The notes below the pieces were generated by a model. That model did not search any database, had not been told where the DNA came from, and was given only the letters and a program-made list of their open reading frames with translations. Shown here piece after piece: positions 35,281 to 43,789 of a DNA stretch of 49,721 nt (position 1 is the first letter of the stretch; every line of letters starts with the position of its first letter). The position numbers and the translations under genes were made by a program. Source of the stretch: a virus (Duplodnaviria; Caudoviricetes); IMG/VR virus record IMGVR_UViG_3300031452_000170, positions 1 to 49,721 of that record; one strand, written 5' to 3'.

Positions 35281-37401
35281 CTAAGCGCGCAGCACGGACA
35301 GCCGGCCGCGCGCGGCCTCCCGCGAGGTTTTCAGCAGCGGTGATAGCGCCCGGCGCAGCGCCACGTCGCCCCTATCGCTCTCGTCGATGACGGGGTGCTT
35401 GAGGCGGTGCATCACCCCCGCGCCGGCGGCGACGAGCGCGTCCTCCTGGGCGCCGGCGACAACGGCGTGCGGGAACCCGGGCACGGGAACGGCGAGCGCG
35501 GCAACGAGCTCCAGGTTGCCGCCGAGCCCCCGCCAGTCCCCTGACACCGATGAGGCTCTGAGCGCGGCGACCTGGTCTGCGGTGGCGGTGGGGCGGATGG
35601 CGCCGGCGATCCAGATGCCGTGCTCGTCCTCGCCGGCGTTCACGTCCGCGGCGGCCATGGCGATGTTGTCGTAGTGGGCCATCGCCGAGGTCGAGGAGGC
35701 GTGCACGTCGGCGTGGCCGGCGTTCACGGTCAGCGTCCCCACCCGCACCTTGGAGCCGTCGGCGCACACGACGTGCTGGCCACGCTTGAAGTAGGCGTAG
35801 TCGGACTTCGACGGGGGGGCGGTGACGCACCCCGGCTTACCGATATGACAGACCCCCCAAGGGGCGAGGTGGCCGTAGACGCGGCCCTCGTCGGTGATCG
35901 TGAGCGGGCAGGCGTACTTGCCGCCGAGAGCGCGCTGGCCGCGCCGGTCGAGGATCTCGGCCAGCCGGCCGTCGCCCTCGGTGAAGTTCGGGTTCTCAAA
36001 CCACGCTCGGGGTGGGGCGGCGGGCCCGCCGGCGGCGGTGATGACGCTGTCGCCCTGCTGGCAGCGCTCACACTGCTCGTAGCTCATGAGGTGCACCAGC
36101 TGCCGGCCGGCGGTGACCGCCGCCGGCGGCTTCTCCGGCACCGTCGGAGCGTCATCGGACTGCTGGGGGATCGGGGTCGCCTCCGGTTTGTCGCTGCCGT
36201 CACCGAGGACGATGTAGGCGCCGGCGAACGCCGGGAAGGGAACCTGGGTGAGACCCATGATCTCCCCCTCGGTCATCGTCTCGGACATGTCCGTCGGCCA
36301 GCCGTCCTCGTCAATGTCCCCGACCTGGATCTCCGAGGACTGCACCGCCACGTCGGCGCTGATGCCGCAGCGGCCCATCCCCTCGGTCAAGCTGGCGAAG
36401 TAGGCGCCGTCATCGTTGGCGAGGTAGAAGCCGCGGGCGAGGATCACCTGGGTGTCGCCCTCCCCGGGGATCCGCTCGAAGCTGTCGATCCGCCCGCACA
36501 TCACCGCCGGGTCGTTCATGTCGAACCCCTCGGGGTCATGGGTCTCGGTGGCCAGGCCCATCAGCGGCAGCGGTGGGGTGCGCCACGTCAACGCACCCGC
36601 GGCGATCTCGCGACCGTCACCGGTGGGCTGCCCTTCGATGATCGCGACGGGGATGGTGAACGCCGGCCCCATGTTCTCCGAGCCCGCCACGGGCGGCGGC
36701 GTGTTCAGCGTCGGGGCGGGACCCGTGTCGGGCGGGCCCGGGGGCAGCGGCGTGTCGGGGGCGGCGCCCGGGGGCGCCATCGCTCCGGCGGCGGTCTCCG
36801 CGCCCGGGTCGCCTTGGTCATCGCCGGTGGCCTGATCTGAGTCGACCTGCATGCCCGGGCAGGCGCAGCCGGACATCTGGCACGGGCCGGTGTTCTGCCC
36901 GGCGCTGAGATCGTCGGTGTGCGAGGAGGCGAGGTGCTGGCAGTCGGGGTTGGCGCACACCGCGGCGGGGTGGACGTTGCCCTTCTCGTCGACGGGGTTG
37001 GCGGGCACGGGCGCCGCGGTGCCCGGTGCGACGGGGGCGGACAGCACCGCCGTCTTGGCCGGCACCGGCGGCTCGGGCTTCTCCGGGTCGGCCTCCGCGG
37101 CTGGGGGCGGGTCGATCTTCACCTCGGTGCTGCCGGCGAGCTTGGCGCCGCACTGGTCGCAGTAGCTGGCGTCGAGGTCGTTGTGCTTCTGACAGCCGGG
37201 GCAGATCACCGTTTCGTCGGCGTCGGCGTGGTAGGGCGCCGGCTCGTAGGGCTTGTCCGCGGCGGGGGGCGTCGGCTTGTCCTTGACGGGCGCCTTGACC
37301 GGCAGAGGCGGGGGCGGTGGGGTGGCGAGCGCCGCCTGGCCGTAGGCGTAGCTGGCGATCAGCTCGCTGCGCGACACGGCGGTGGAAAGCTTGCGTCTCA
37401 T
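35281..37401 (-). CDS. Capsid maturation protease, multidomain with N-terminal zinc ribbons
   Basis: EG.PTGDGR.I...LPLM...H...GRID...GISAD; second domain GRVYGHLA.W..CH...SGDWR; between portal and MCP. Confidence 0.8.
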   Translation of the reverse strand: MRRKLSTAVSRSELIASYAYGQAALATPPPPPLPVKAPVKDKPTPPAADKPYEPAPYHADADETVICPGCQKHNDLDASYCDQCGAKLAGSTEVKIDPPPAAEADPEKPEPPVPAKTAVLSAPVAPGTAAPVPANPVDEKGNVHPAAVCANPDCQHLASSHTDDLSAGQNTGPCQMSGCACPGMQVDSDQATGDDQGDPGAETAAGAMAPPGAAPDTPLPPGPPDTGPAPTLNTPPPVAGSENMGPAFTIPVAIIEGQPTGDGREIAAGALTWRTPPLPLMGLATETHDPEGFDMNDPAVMCGRIDSFERIPGEGDTQVILARGFYLANDDGAYFASLTEGMGRCGISADVAVQSSEIQVGDIDEDGWPTDMSETMTEGEIMGLTQVPFPAFAGAYIVLGDGSDKPEATPIPQQSDDAPTVPEKPPAAVTAGRQLVHLMSYEQCERCQQGDSVITAAGGPAAPPRAWFENPNFTEGDGRLAEILDRRGQRALGGKYACPLTITDEGRVYGHLAPWGVCHIGKPGCVTAPPSKSDYAYFKRGQHVVCADGSKVRVGTLTVNAGHADVHASSTSAMAHYDNIAMAAADVNAGEDEHGIWIAGAIRPTATADQVAALRASSVSGDWRGLGGNLELVAALAVPVPGFPHAVVAGAQEDALVAAGAGVMHRLKHPVIDESDRGDVALRRALSPLLKTSREAARGRLSVLRA

Positions 37402-37574
37402 GGGGTGACCTCCAGGGCAGCGAATGCTTGGGCGGGGGTACGGGCCACGACCACGTGCCCGTGATGGTCGGCGAGCGCGACGTCGCCCTGCTCGGTGACC
37501 GTCAGGCGCAGCACGCCACGCTCGATCGCGTACCACTGCGCTTCGGTGAGCGTCACGTGCGAGCCCTCGGGCAT
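37398..37574 (-). CDS. Small hypothetical protein (58 aa, not in ORF track)
   Basis: MPEGSHVTLTEAQWYAIERG...; TGATG and ATGA overlaps. Confidence 0.5.
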   Translation of the reverse strand: MPEGSHVTLTEAQWYAIERGVLRLTVTEQGDVALADHHGHVVVARTPAQAFAALEVTP

Positions 37575-37816
37575 CAGCTCGGGGGCGGCGGGTGGCCGTT
37601 CTGGCCGGCGGGGATGATGTGCGGGGCGGTCAGCTTCTTGCCGAGTGCCTCGGCGTACTCGCCGCTCATCGGGAACAGCAGCACCTCGCCGGGCGCCTGG
37701 ATGATCAGCACCCGGTTGCCCTCCGGCAGCGCCTGGGTCTCGATGACGACATTGGGGTAGGTGATCTGCTTCGGCGGGGCGACCTGCATCTGCTCGGGCT
37801 GCGGGACTGCGGGCAT
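37574..37816 (-). CDS. Hypothetical protein
   Basis: GAAAGGA RBS; MPAVPQPEQ. Confidence 0.65.
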   Translation of the reverse strand: MPAVPQPEQMQVAPPKQITYPNVVIETQALPEGNRVLIIQAPGEVLLFPMSGEYAEALGKKLTAPHIIPAGQNGHPPPPS

Positions 37817-37870
37817 GCGGGGCTTCCTTTCGGGATGGCGGTTCAAGCTGCGCGCAAAGCGGGCCACGAT

Positions 37871-38068
37871 CTACACGGTCCGATCGAGGATCGCCAGCAC
37901 GTCACGACGCACGGCGCTGAGCGCCGCGAGCACCTGCGCCTGGCACGGATCCTCGCCGGCGCGCCCCCAAGCTCGGATCGGGGCGTACAGGGCGGCGTCG
38001 ATCTGCTCCCGCCACGCCTCCCGGTCTGAGGCGATCAGGCGGCGGGCGCGCTCGGAAAGCTCAACCAT
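37871..38068 (-). CDS. Small hypothetical protein
   Basis: MVELSERARRLI; overlaps the portal-fusion stop. Confidence 0.5.
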   Translation of the reverse strand: MVELSERARRLIASDREAWREQIDAALYAPIRAWGRAGEDPCQAQVLAALSAVRRDVLAILDRTV

Positions 38069-41000
38069 CGCTCTCGTCGGGTCCGAGGTAGATCGGCATG
38101 AAGTCGCACACGCAGCCATCGTGATCTCCCGGCAGGAAGTACTGGTTGGCGGGAAAGTCGCCGGGGTTGGCCAGCGCGTCGTCGTCGAAGCTCTCGAACT
38201 GGACGCCGTCGAGGTCCTCGTGCGGCGGAAAGCCGTTGAGCGCCGGTCCGTACACCCACTCGTAGCCCTCCCGCTGACCGCCGCCGGCGGTGATGAGCTC
38301 GGCGATCGTGGAGCCGGTCCCGATCTGCCCAACGGCGTCGGTGAACGTCACCGCACCCGCCACGTCGGGGGTGAGCGTCGCGGCGCTGGCGCCACCGGCG
38401 ACGCCGAGGGCGGCGCGGATGGTGCCGGCGGGCACGAGCGTGTCGGGATTCAGATCGGCCCAGTCCCCGGGCCCGGCGTTCGGGTCGGGGTTGTAGAGCA
38501 GGTGCTGGCCCAGTGAGCTGAGTGCCTGGGAGAGCAGATCCCACGCGCCGTCACGTCCGGAGGCCATCGCGGCCTGGGCGCGGGCGGCGGCGTCGGAGTC
38601 GGCGTCGAGCTGCCCGATCCGCAGAGCGGTTTGCAAAGCCTGGCCCTGGGCGGCGGCCGTCCAGTCGTAGAACTGGGCGCGCAGGCCCGACCAGTCCGAG
38701 CCGACGAGCTCCGCGGGGGACAGGCCGGCGGCGGTGACGACGTCGCGGCCGAGCAGGGCGGGGACGCGCTCATTGGCGCGATGGGCGATCTTTGTTCGAA
38801 GGGTCTCGTCCTTTGCGACCTTGGTGCGCAGGCGGGCGCCGGCCCGCTCGAGCTGGCGGAGCACCGCGGCGTTGGCGGCGGTCTGCAGCCGGGCCCGGAG
38901 TGTCTGGTCGATCGTGGCCAGCTTGCGCGACAGGCGGGCGGTCGTGGCGCGTTTGCTCGCCGCCGCGGTGATGGGCGTCGGGTCCCCGGTAAGGGGATAG
39001 TCGGTGCGCTGCGCTCCAACCACGCACGCGACCGAGGCGAACGTTACGGCCGTTCCGCCCAGGTCAGCGCTGACCTCGCTGAGGCGGTCGGTGTAGTCGA
39101 GGGTCATGTGCGGGGTGAAGCCGTGCTCCTGGCTCGGCTCGGCGCCCGCAGCAGCGAGGGCGTCGACGAGACGCTGCCGCGCGTCGGGAAGCGAGGGCAG
39201 GTCGATCGACAGGTAGGTGACGGGATCGGGACCGGCCGTGAACAGTCCCGGGCCCGAGATCTCGCCGGCGAGTGCAGGCGTGGTCTTCGCCCACGCCTGC
39301 ACCGCGGCCTGGAGGCCAGCCGGATCTTTGAGGTCGCTCTCGTCGCCGAGGAACGCGAGGGTGATGTGCAGCTCGTCCGGTGGCTCGCCGCCCGCCAGCG
39401 CCAACTTCGTCGCGAGCGTGGGGTCGGGATAGAGGGCGATCATTACCCCGGTGCTGGCCTGGCCTTGGGCGCCGGCCGTGATCGGCGTCGGCAGGGGCCG
39501 CTCCGCGGGCGGCGGACCGGGCTTGTCGGCGACCCCGGGTGCGGGCGTGGCGGGCGTCGACGCCGACGGGGTCCCGCCCGCCGGGGAGGGCCGGCCCGGA
39601 ACGATCGGGGCGCCCGACTCGCCGGGGTCGGTGCCGGTGTCCACCCCGCCCGGCTTGATTCCCGGCACGGTCCCCGAGACGGTGATCGGCGGTGCGATGA
39701 TCGTGGGATCCCACTGGTGCAGGAACGCCATCACGAGGTTCGGCGGCCACATCCGCATCTTCTCGAGCATCCGCACCTGGATCTCCGCCTTGGTCGGCGC
39801 CTCCGTCTCGGTGAACCCGGCGCTGTCGCGCAGCGCCTTGTCGGAGATCACGAGACGGTCGTGGAGCTGCTGGGCGTCGGCGGTCTTGTCCGGGTGGGAG
39901 ACGAGCTCCACCGGGTCATACCAGAACACCATCCGTGCGACCCATTCCGCCGGGATCCCGTTGGCGAGCAGGTAGGGGCGCAGGTAGGCGCCCGACAGGT
40001 CGTCGCAGACGCCGATGACGTGCGGCTCGACGTGGTGGCGGAATGTGTTGTCATCGACCTGCCACGCCGACCAGTGGTTGAGGTCCGCGATCCCGCTGAT
40101 GATCTCCTTGGGCAGGTCGAAGCTGGTGGCGATGATGCCGATCAGCTCCTCCCTGGTCTTGGAGGCCTGGTCGTCGAACTTGGTGGCCAGGTCCACCAGG
40201 CGCAGCTTGTCCAGCTCGGCTGCAGGGCCGCGGATGACGATCGGCACCACACCGTCGGCGGTGCCCTCCGAGACGATCGGGGCCATCATCGCGGAGGTCA
40301 GCGCGGCCATGAACGGCTCGGCCTGCTCGTCGTCGTTGTCCTCGAGGGGCACGTTGAGCGACAGCTCCTCGGGGACCAGCAGCAGACCCCGGCTGGCGAG
40401 CCTTGAGCGGCCGGTGGCGCGGATCATCCGCCGCAGGATCATCAGCGACTCGCAGTCGTCGAGCATCGCCCGTAGCGGACTGTCGGCCATCAGCTGAAAG
40501 CGGGGGTGCGGCGTCCAGATCCGGGAGATGACCGTCAGCTCCGCGTCCAGCGGCTGCCACGGGATGACACCGTTCTGGCGGTCGTCGGGGATCTCGCGCA
40601 GATGCCACTGGTCGTTGTAGACCACGAGCTCGTCGACGGAGCGGATCGAGAAGCGCTGCTCGCCGGTTTGCGGGTCGGTTCGCCCGAGGAGGTAGTACTC
40701 GCCGGCGATCGACTTGTTGCTCGAGGCGCCATGCAGCATCCCGCTGATCGCCATCCGCCCGTTGCCGAGGTCGGCCATGGCCTGGGCGGCGTAGGCGCTC
40801 AGCGCCGGCGGCACCCCCTCGAGGTCCTCCAGCTTGACGGGGGCGTCGGCCTCCCCGCCGAGGGGATAGCACGCCGGGTAGAGGCGCATCCGGGCGGTGC
40901 AGTTGGCCAGGAACTGGACGGCGTAGCGCAGCTCCCCGATCTGGTCGCGGTAGGACCAGGCGTCTGACTGCCACCCCTGGCGGAGCATCCGCTGGACCTT

Positions 41001-41150
41001 CGCCTCGCGCTTGTCGGCGACGTCCAGGCGCGCGGCGGAGGAGGTGAGCGCCCACGGCCCCTCGCCGCGGCCCGGTGAGCTGACCGAGAACGTCTGGGGT
41101 GGGTGAGGCCGGCGGCGAAACAGCCCGCGGCCCTTCGAGGCGGAGGCCAC
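38061..41150 (-). CDS. Portal protein fused to a 2H-phosphoesterase (Acb1/LigT-like) and a MuF-like head morphogenesis domain
   Basis: Portal: WQSDAW.Y.D.IGELRYA, RIW.PHPR...ADSP, NHWSAWQ. 2H: LHITLAFLG (His codon 39368) and FTPHMTLDY (39110). MuF-like: YEWVYG...H..LDG...PGDHDGCVC. GTG start at 41150. Confidence 0.85.
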   Translation of the reverse strand: MASASKGRGLFRRRPHPPQTFSVSSPGRGEGPWALTSSAARLDVADKREAKVQRMLRQGWQSDAWSYRDQIGELRYAVQFLANCTARMRLYPACYPLGGEADAPVKLEDLEGVPPALSAYAAQAMADLGNGRMAISGMLHGASSNKSIAGEYYLLGRTDPQTGEQRFSIRSVDELVVYNDQWHLREIPDDRQNGVIPWQPLDAELTVISRIWTPHPRFQLMADSPLRAMLDDCESLMILRRMIRATGRSRLASRGLLLVPEELSLNVPLEDNDDEQAEPFMAALTSAMMAPIVSEGTADGVVPIVIRGPAAELDKLRLVDLATKFDDQASKTREELIGIIATSFDLPKEIISGIADLNHWSAWQVDDNTFRHHVEPHVIGVCDDLSGAYLRPYLLANGIPAEWVARMVFWYDPVELVSHPDKTADAQQLHDRLVISDKALRDSAGFTETEAPTKAEIQVRMLEKMRMWPPNLVMAFLHQWDPTIIAPPITVSGTVPGIKPGGVDTGTDPGESGAPIVPGRPSPAGGTPSASTPATPAPGVADKPGPPPAERPLPTPITAGAQGQASTGVMIALYPDPTLATKLALAGGEPPDELHITLAFLGDESDLKDPAGLQAAVQAWAKTTPALAGEISGPGLFTAGPDPVTYLSIDLPSLPDARQRLVDALAAAGAEPSQEHGFTPHMTLDYTDRLSEVSADLGGTAVTFASVACVVGAQRTDYPLTGDPTPITAAASKRATTARLSRKLATIDQTLRARLQTAANAAVLRQLERAGARLRTKVAKDETLRTKIAHRANERVPALLGRDVVTAAGLSPAELVGSDWSGLRAQFYDWTAAAQGQALQTALRIGQLDADSDAAARAQAAMASGRDGAWDLLSQALSSLGQHLLYNPDPNAGPGDWADLNPDTLVPAGTIRAALGVAGGASAATLTPDVAGAVTFTDAVGQIGTGSTIAELITAGGGQREGYEWVYGPALNGFPPHEDLDGVQFESFDDDALANPGDFPANQYFLPGDHDGCVCDFMPIYLGPDESDG

Positions 41151-41152
41151 GC

Positions 41153-41479
41153 TCAGCCCCGGTCGGCGAGCAGGCCGGCGAGGGCGGAGAACGCCAGCAC
41201 CGCAGTCATGTACACACATGCGGTGGCGGCGAACGTCTGCAGCGCCACGATCGCGCCGGCGGCCCACATCGACACGCACCACGGGCAGGCTAGGAACTCG
41301 GCCAGTCGTGGCCGGGCGACAACCAGCACCCGCTCGCCGCTGAGGGTGCGAGTCGTGCCCGGGCGGGAGCCCAGCAGCCGGCGGCGGATGGGGTCGGCGA
41401 TCGCGTCGAGCACGACCAGGCGGGTGAGGCGGAAGACGGCGAGCGCGTCGAGGATCAGCAGCGTCGGGCTGTGGGTCAC
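41153..41479 (-). CDS. DUF1360-family membrane protein
   Basis: FRLTRLVVLD.I..PIR...L.CPWC.S.W. Confidence 0.8.
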   Translation of the reverse strand: MTHSPTLLILDALAVFRLTRLVVLDAIADPIRRRLLGSRPGTTRTLSGERVLVVARPRLAEFLACPWCVSMWAAGAIVALQTFAATACVYMTAVLAFSALAGLLADRG

Positions 41480-41823
41480 GTGGGCTCCAGCGTCGAGAGG
41501 TCAACCGTCGCGCCGGGCGCGTTGTAGGGCACGACGGCGGTGAACGGCACCGGCGGGGAGCCGTCGAGCTCCAGCACGAACTCGTACACCGCGCCGATGG
41601 GGACGGTGGCGGGGTCGTTGACGGCCAGCAGCGTGAACGGCTGCTGTCCGGTGTGATTGGTCAGCTGGCCCGCGGCGTTCAGGATCCCGAGGATCGGGGG
41701 GCGGCCGAGGACCACGGCGCCGTTGCGAAGCGCTGTGGAGAGCGTGGCGGTGAGACGACCCGAGGCCGGCTGGCCATCGGCACGCTCCCAGCTCCCGGTG
41801 ACGGTGATGGTGGTGAAAGCCAT
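41476..41823 (-). CDS. Beta-sandwich hypothetical virion protein
   Basis: TVTG.W...DG.PA.G...L..G.L...YEF.L...VP....VDLS.L, like N-terminal modules of fibre proteins. Confidence 0.6.
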   Translation of the reverse strand: MAFTTITVTGSWERADGQPASGRLTATLSTALRNGAVVLGRPPILGILNAAGQLTNHTGQQPFTLLAVNDPATVPIGAVYEFVLELDGSPPVPFTAVVPYNAPGATVDLSTLEPT

Positions 41824-41932
41824 GGCTCCCCTTTCGGTGCTCGGGGATTGTGGAAGGCACGCGGTGCGGGGGCGCTTTTATGGGGTGTGGAGGCTACCCG
41901 GTGGTCATCCGAAGCTCACGTATAGCGGCAGA

Positions 41933-42918
41933 TCACAGATTGCCCATCGAGACCCATGTTCCGGGTGTTCCAGCCACCGTGCACATCCAGCCCTTCGGAG
42001 ACCCAACAGCCGGTGCGCGATTGAAACGCAGTTCGCCAACGCCATGATTGCCAGTAGTGGGCGCTGCTCCACCGTAACTGCCCCATGAGACGCGGTTGCC
42101 AGCGGCGTGAGTCAAGAACTGGTTACGTTCGACTTCGATCAGATCGTGTTTCTCAACGCCTCCAGTGTTGACGATTACTCCATACGTGTTCTGGTCAAAC
42201 ACGACTTCTTCGACGGTGACCGCGAAACTGTCACTGGCGTCTACGCGGACGCCGACCGCTCCTGCCCCGATGTAGCCGCCCTTGACGCTGAGCCCGGAGC
42301 CGAACCAGTCGATCCAGTTACCCGCGATCGTTGCGTCGCCCATCCAGCAGCTGTTGAAGCTGGTGCCTTGCGCAGGAAAGTCGGCACCGTAGGCCCCAGC
42401 ACCCGCAGCAACGCCAGCGGGGCTTGGATGATCGGCTGACGACTGGTGGCGTCGAGGCTGCCGACCCCCTGCGCCGCGCCCACCTCGCCCACCGGCACCG
42501 AGGCGTTCTCCGCTGCCGTCTGCGCGGCGGCGGCAGCCCCTGCCGCGTCTCCGCCAAGGTCGGTGGCGAGCACCCCGGAGGCGATTACCCCCGCCTTGGT
42601 CAGGTTCGGCGGGACCATCTTGCGGCCCGTCCCGGCAGTGATCGACGAGGTGTCATCGGCCGGGTTGCCGGTCAGGACCGCGGCGCCGGTACCGAACGGC
42701 AGCCCGCCACCGGGGAAGCTGGCCGCAAACGGTCCCCCGCTCGTGCGCCAGCCCTTGAGCATTGTCAGCAGGTCGGCGTTCGCGAGTCCAGCAACCAGGG
42801 CGTCGAGGGCGTCCCGCACCGTCTGGGGAGTGGCGTAGTAGCTGCTGGTGATCGCCGAGATCTCGTTCGGTGTCGCCCCCACCGCCACGAGACGGGGAGA
42901 CCAAGCCGTGATGCTCAT
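41933..42918 (-). pseudogene. Frameshifted / internally deleted spike or fibre (beta-helix depolymerase-like) gene
   Basis: N-terminal frame from ATG 42918 loses coding character near 42400-42360; another frame carries beta-helix-like rungs and the C-terminal AAPTTG...GW.CT..GTPGTW motif. Confidence 0.6.
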
Positions 42919-43250
42919 CTCAAGCGCCCGACCCATGGCACCGGTGGCGCCAACGCCTTCAGCGGCGAGCCGCACCCGCACCCGTGCCCCCGGTTGACCC
43001 ACACCGACTCGCCGCCGGGCAGGACAGCCTCCAGGCGCCCGGCGCCGGTCAACGTGCCGCGGTTGGCGGCCACCGAGCACGGCTCGGCCAGCGCCAGCTC
43101 CAGGCACGGCTCGACCCGCCCCGCGGGTGTGGCCTTGAACGCCAGCAGCCGGCGGCTGGTGATGAACACCCGCACGTCGCGGTGAAGCGTCCCGTCGGCC
43201 AGGAGAACCTCGGCCGGGTGAACGTCTCGGTGCAGCCGCTCGTCGCTCAC
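42915..43250 (-). CDS. Hypothetical protein with C-terminal GCGCGSPL motif
   Basis: GTG 43250; overlaps on both sides. Confidence 0.65.
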   Translation of the reverse strand: MSDERLHRDVHPAEVLLADGTLHRDVRVFITSRRLLAFKATPAGRVEPCLELALAEPCSVAANRGTLTGAGRLEAVLPGGESVWVNRGHGCGCGSPLKALAPPVPWVGRLR

Positions 43251-43432
43251 GACGCCGCCCATGCCGCCCGGCACACATCCAGCGACGCCGGCTCCTGCGG
43301 TGGATGCCCGAACGCCTCCAGCAGCCGGTAGCACGCCGCGCAGTGCCCGGCCCTGAACACGGGGCCAGGCGGAACGCTGCCCAGCTCCTGGCAGCGCACG
43401 CAGCTCGGCCCGACGTGAATCACCGGGCTCAT
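43247..43432 (-). CDS. Small CxxC...CxxC protein
   Basis: CVRC, CAAC; coupled overlaps. Confidence 0.5.
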   Translation of the reverse strand: MSPVIHVGPSCVRCQELGSVPPGPVFRAGHCAACYRLLEAFGHPPQEPASLDVCRAAWAAS

Positions 43433-43776
43433 CAGCCGCCGGCGACCTGCACCGCGGAGGCGATCGCCGCCGCCACGACCGTGACCTTGAAGTACCAGCC
43501 GGCCGGCAGCCGGAAGTGGATGTTGCGGTTCACCGTCGCGTCCGCCGCCGGGATGATCGCGGTCGCGCAGGCGTTGGTCGGCCCGATCGCCACGGCCACC
43601 GTCCCCGCCGCGGCACCGGTGAGGGCCACGTACACCTCGGAGGGCAGTCCCGTCTGGTCCTGCTGCGCCGTCCCGGAGAGCACCGTCAGCGGCCCGGAGG
43701 AGGGCGCGAGGGCGGCGTCGAGCAGCTGCGCGGAGAGCGCCGCCTTGTCCTGGTTTGACTGGATGATGCCGGGCAT
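43432..43776 (-). CDS. Hypothetical beta-rich protein
   Basis: AAAGGAG RBS before ATG 43776; FRLPAGWYFKV. Confidence 0.7.
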   Translation of the reverse strand: MPGIIQSNQDKAALSAQLLDAALAPSSGPLTVLSGTAQQDQTGLPSEVYVALTGAAAGTVAVAIGPTNACATAIIPAADATVNRNIHFRLPAGWYFKVTVVAAAIASAVQVAGG

Positions 43777-43789
43777 GGGTGGGGCTCCT

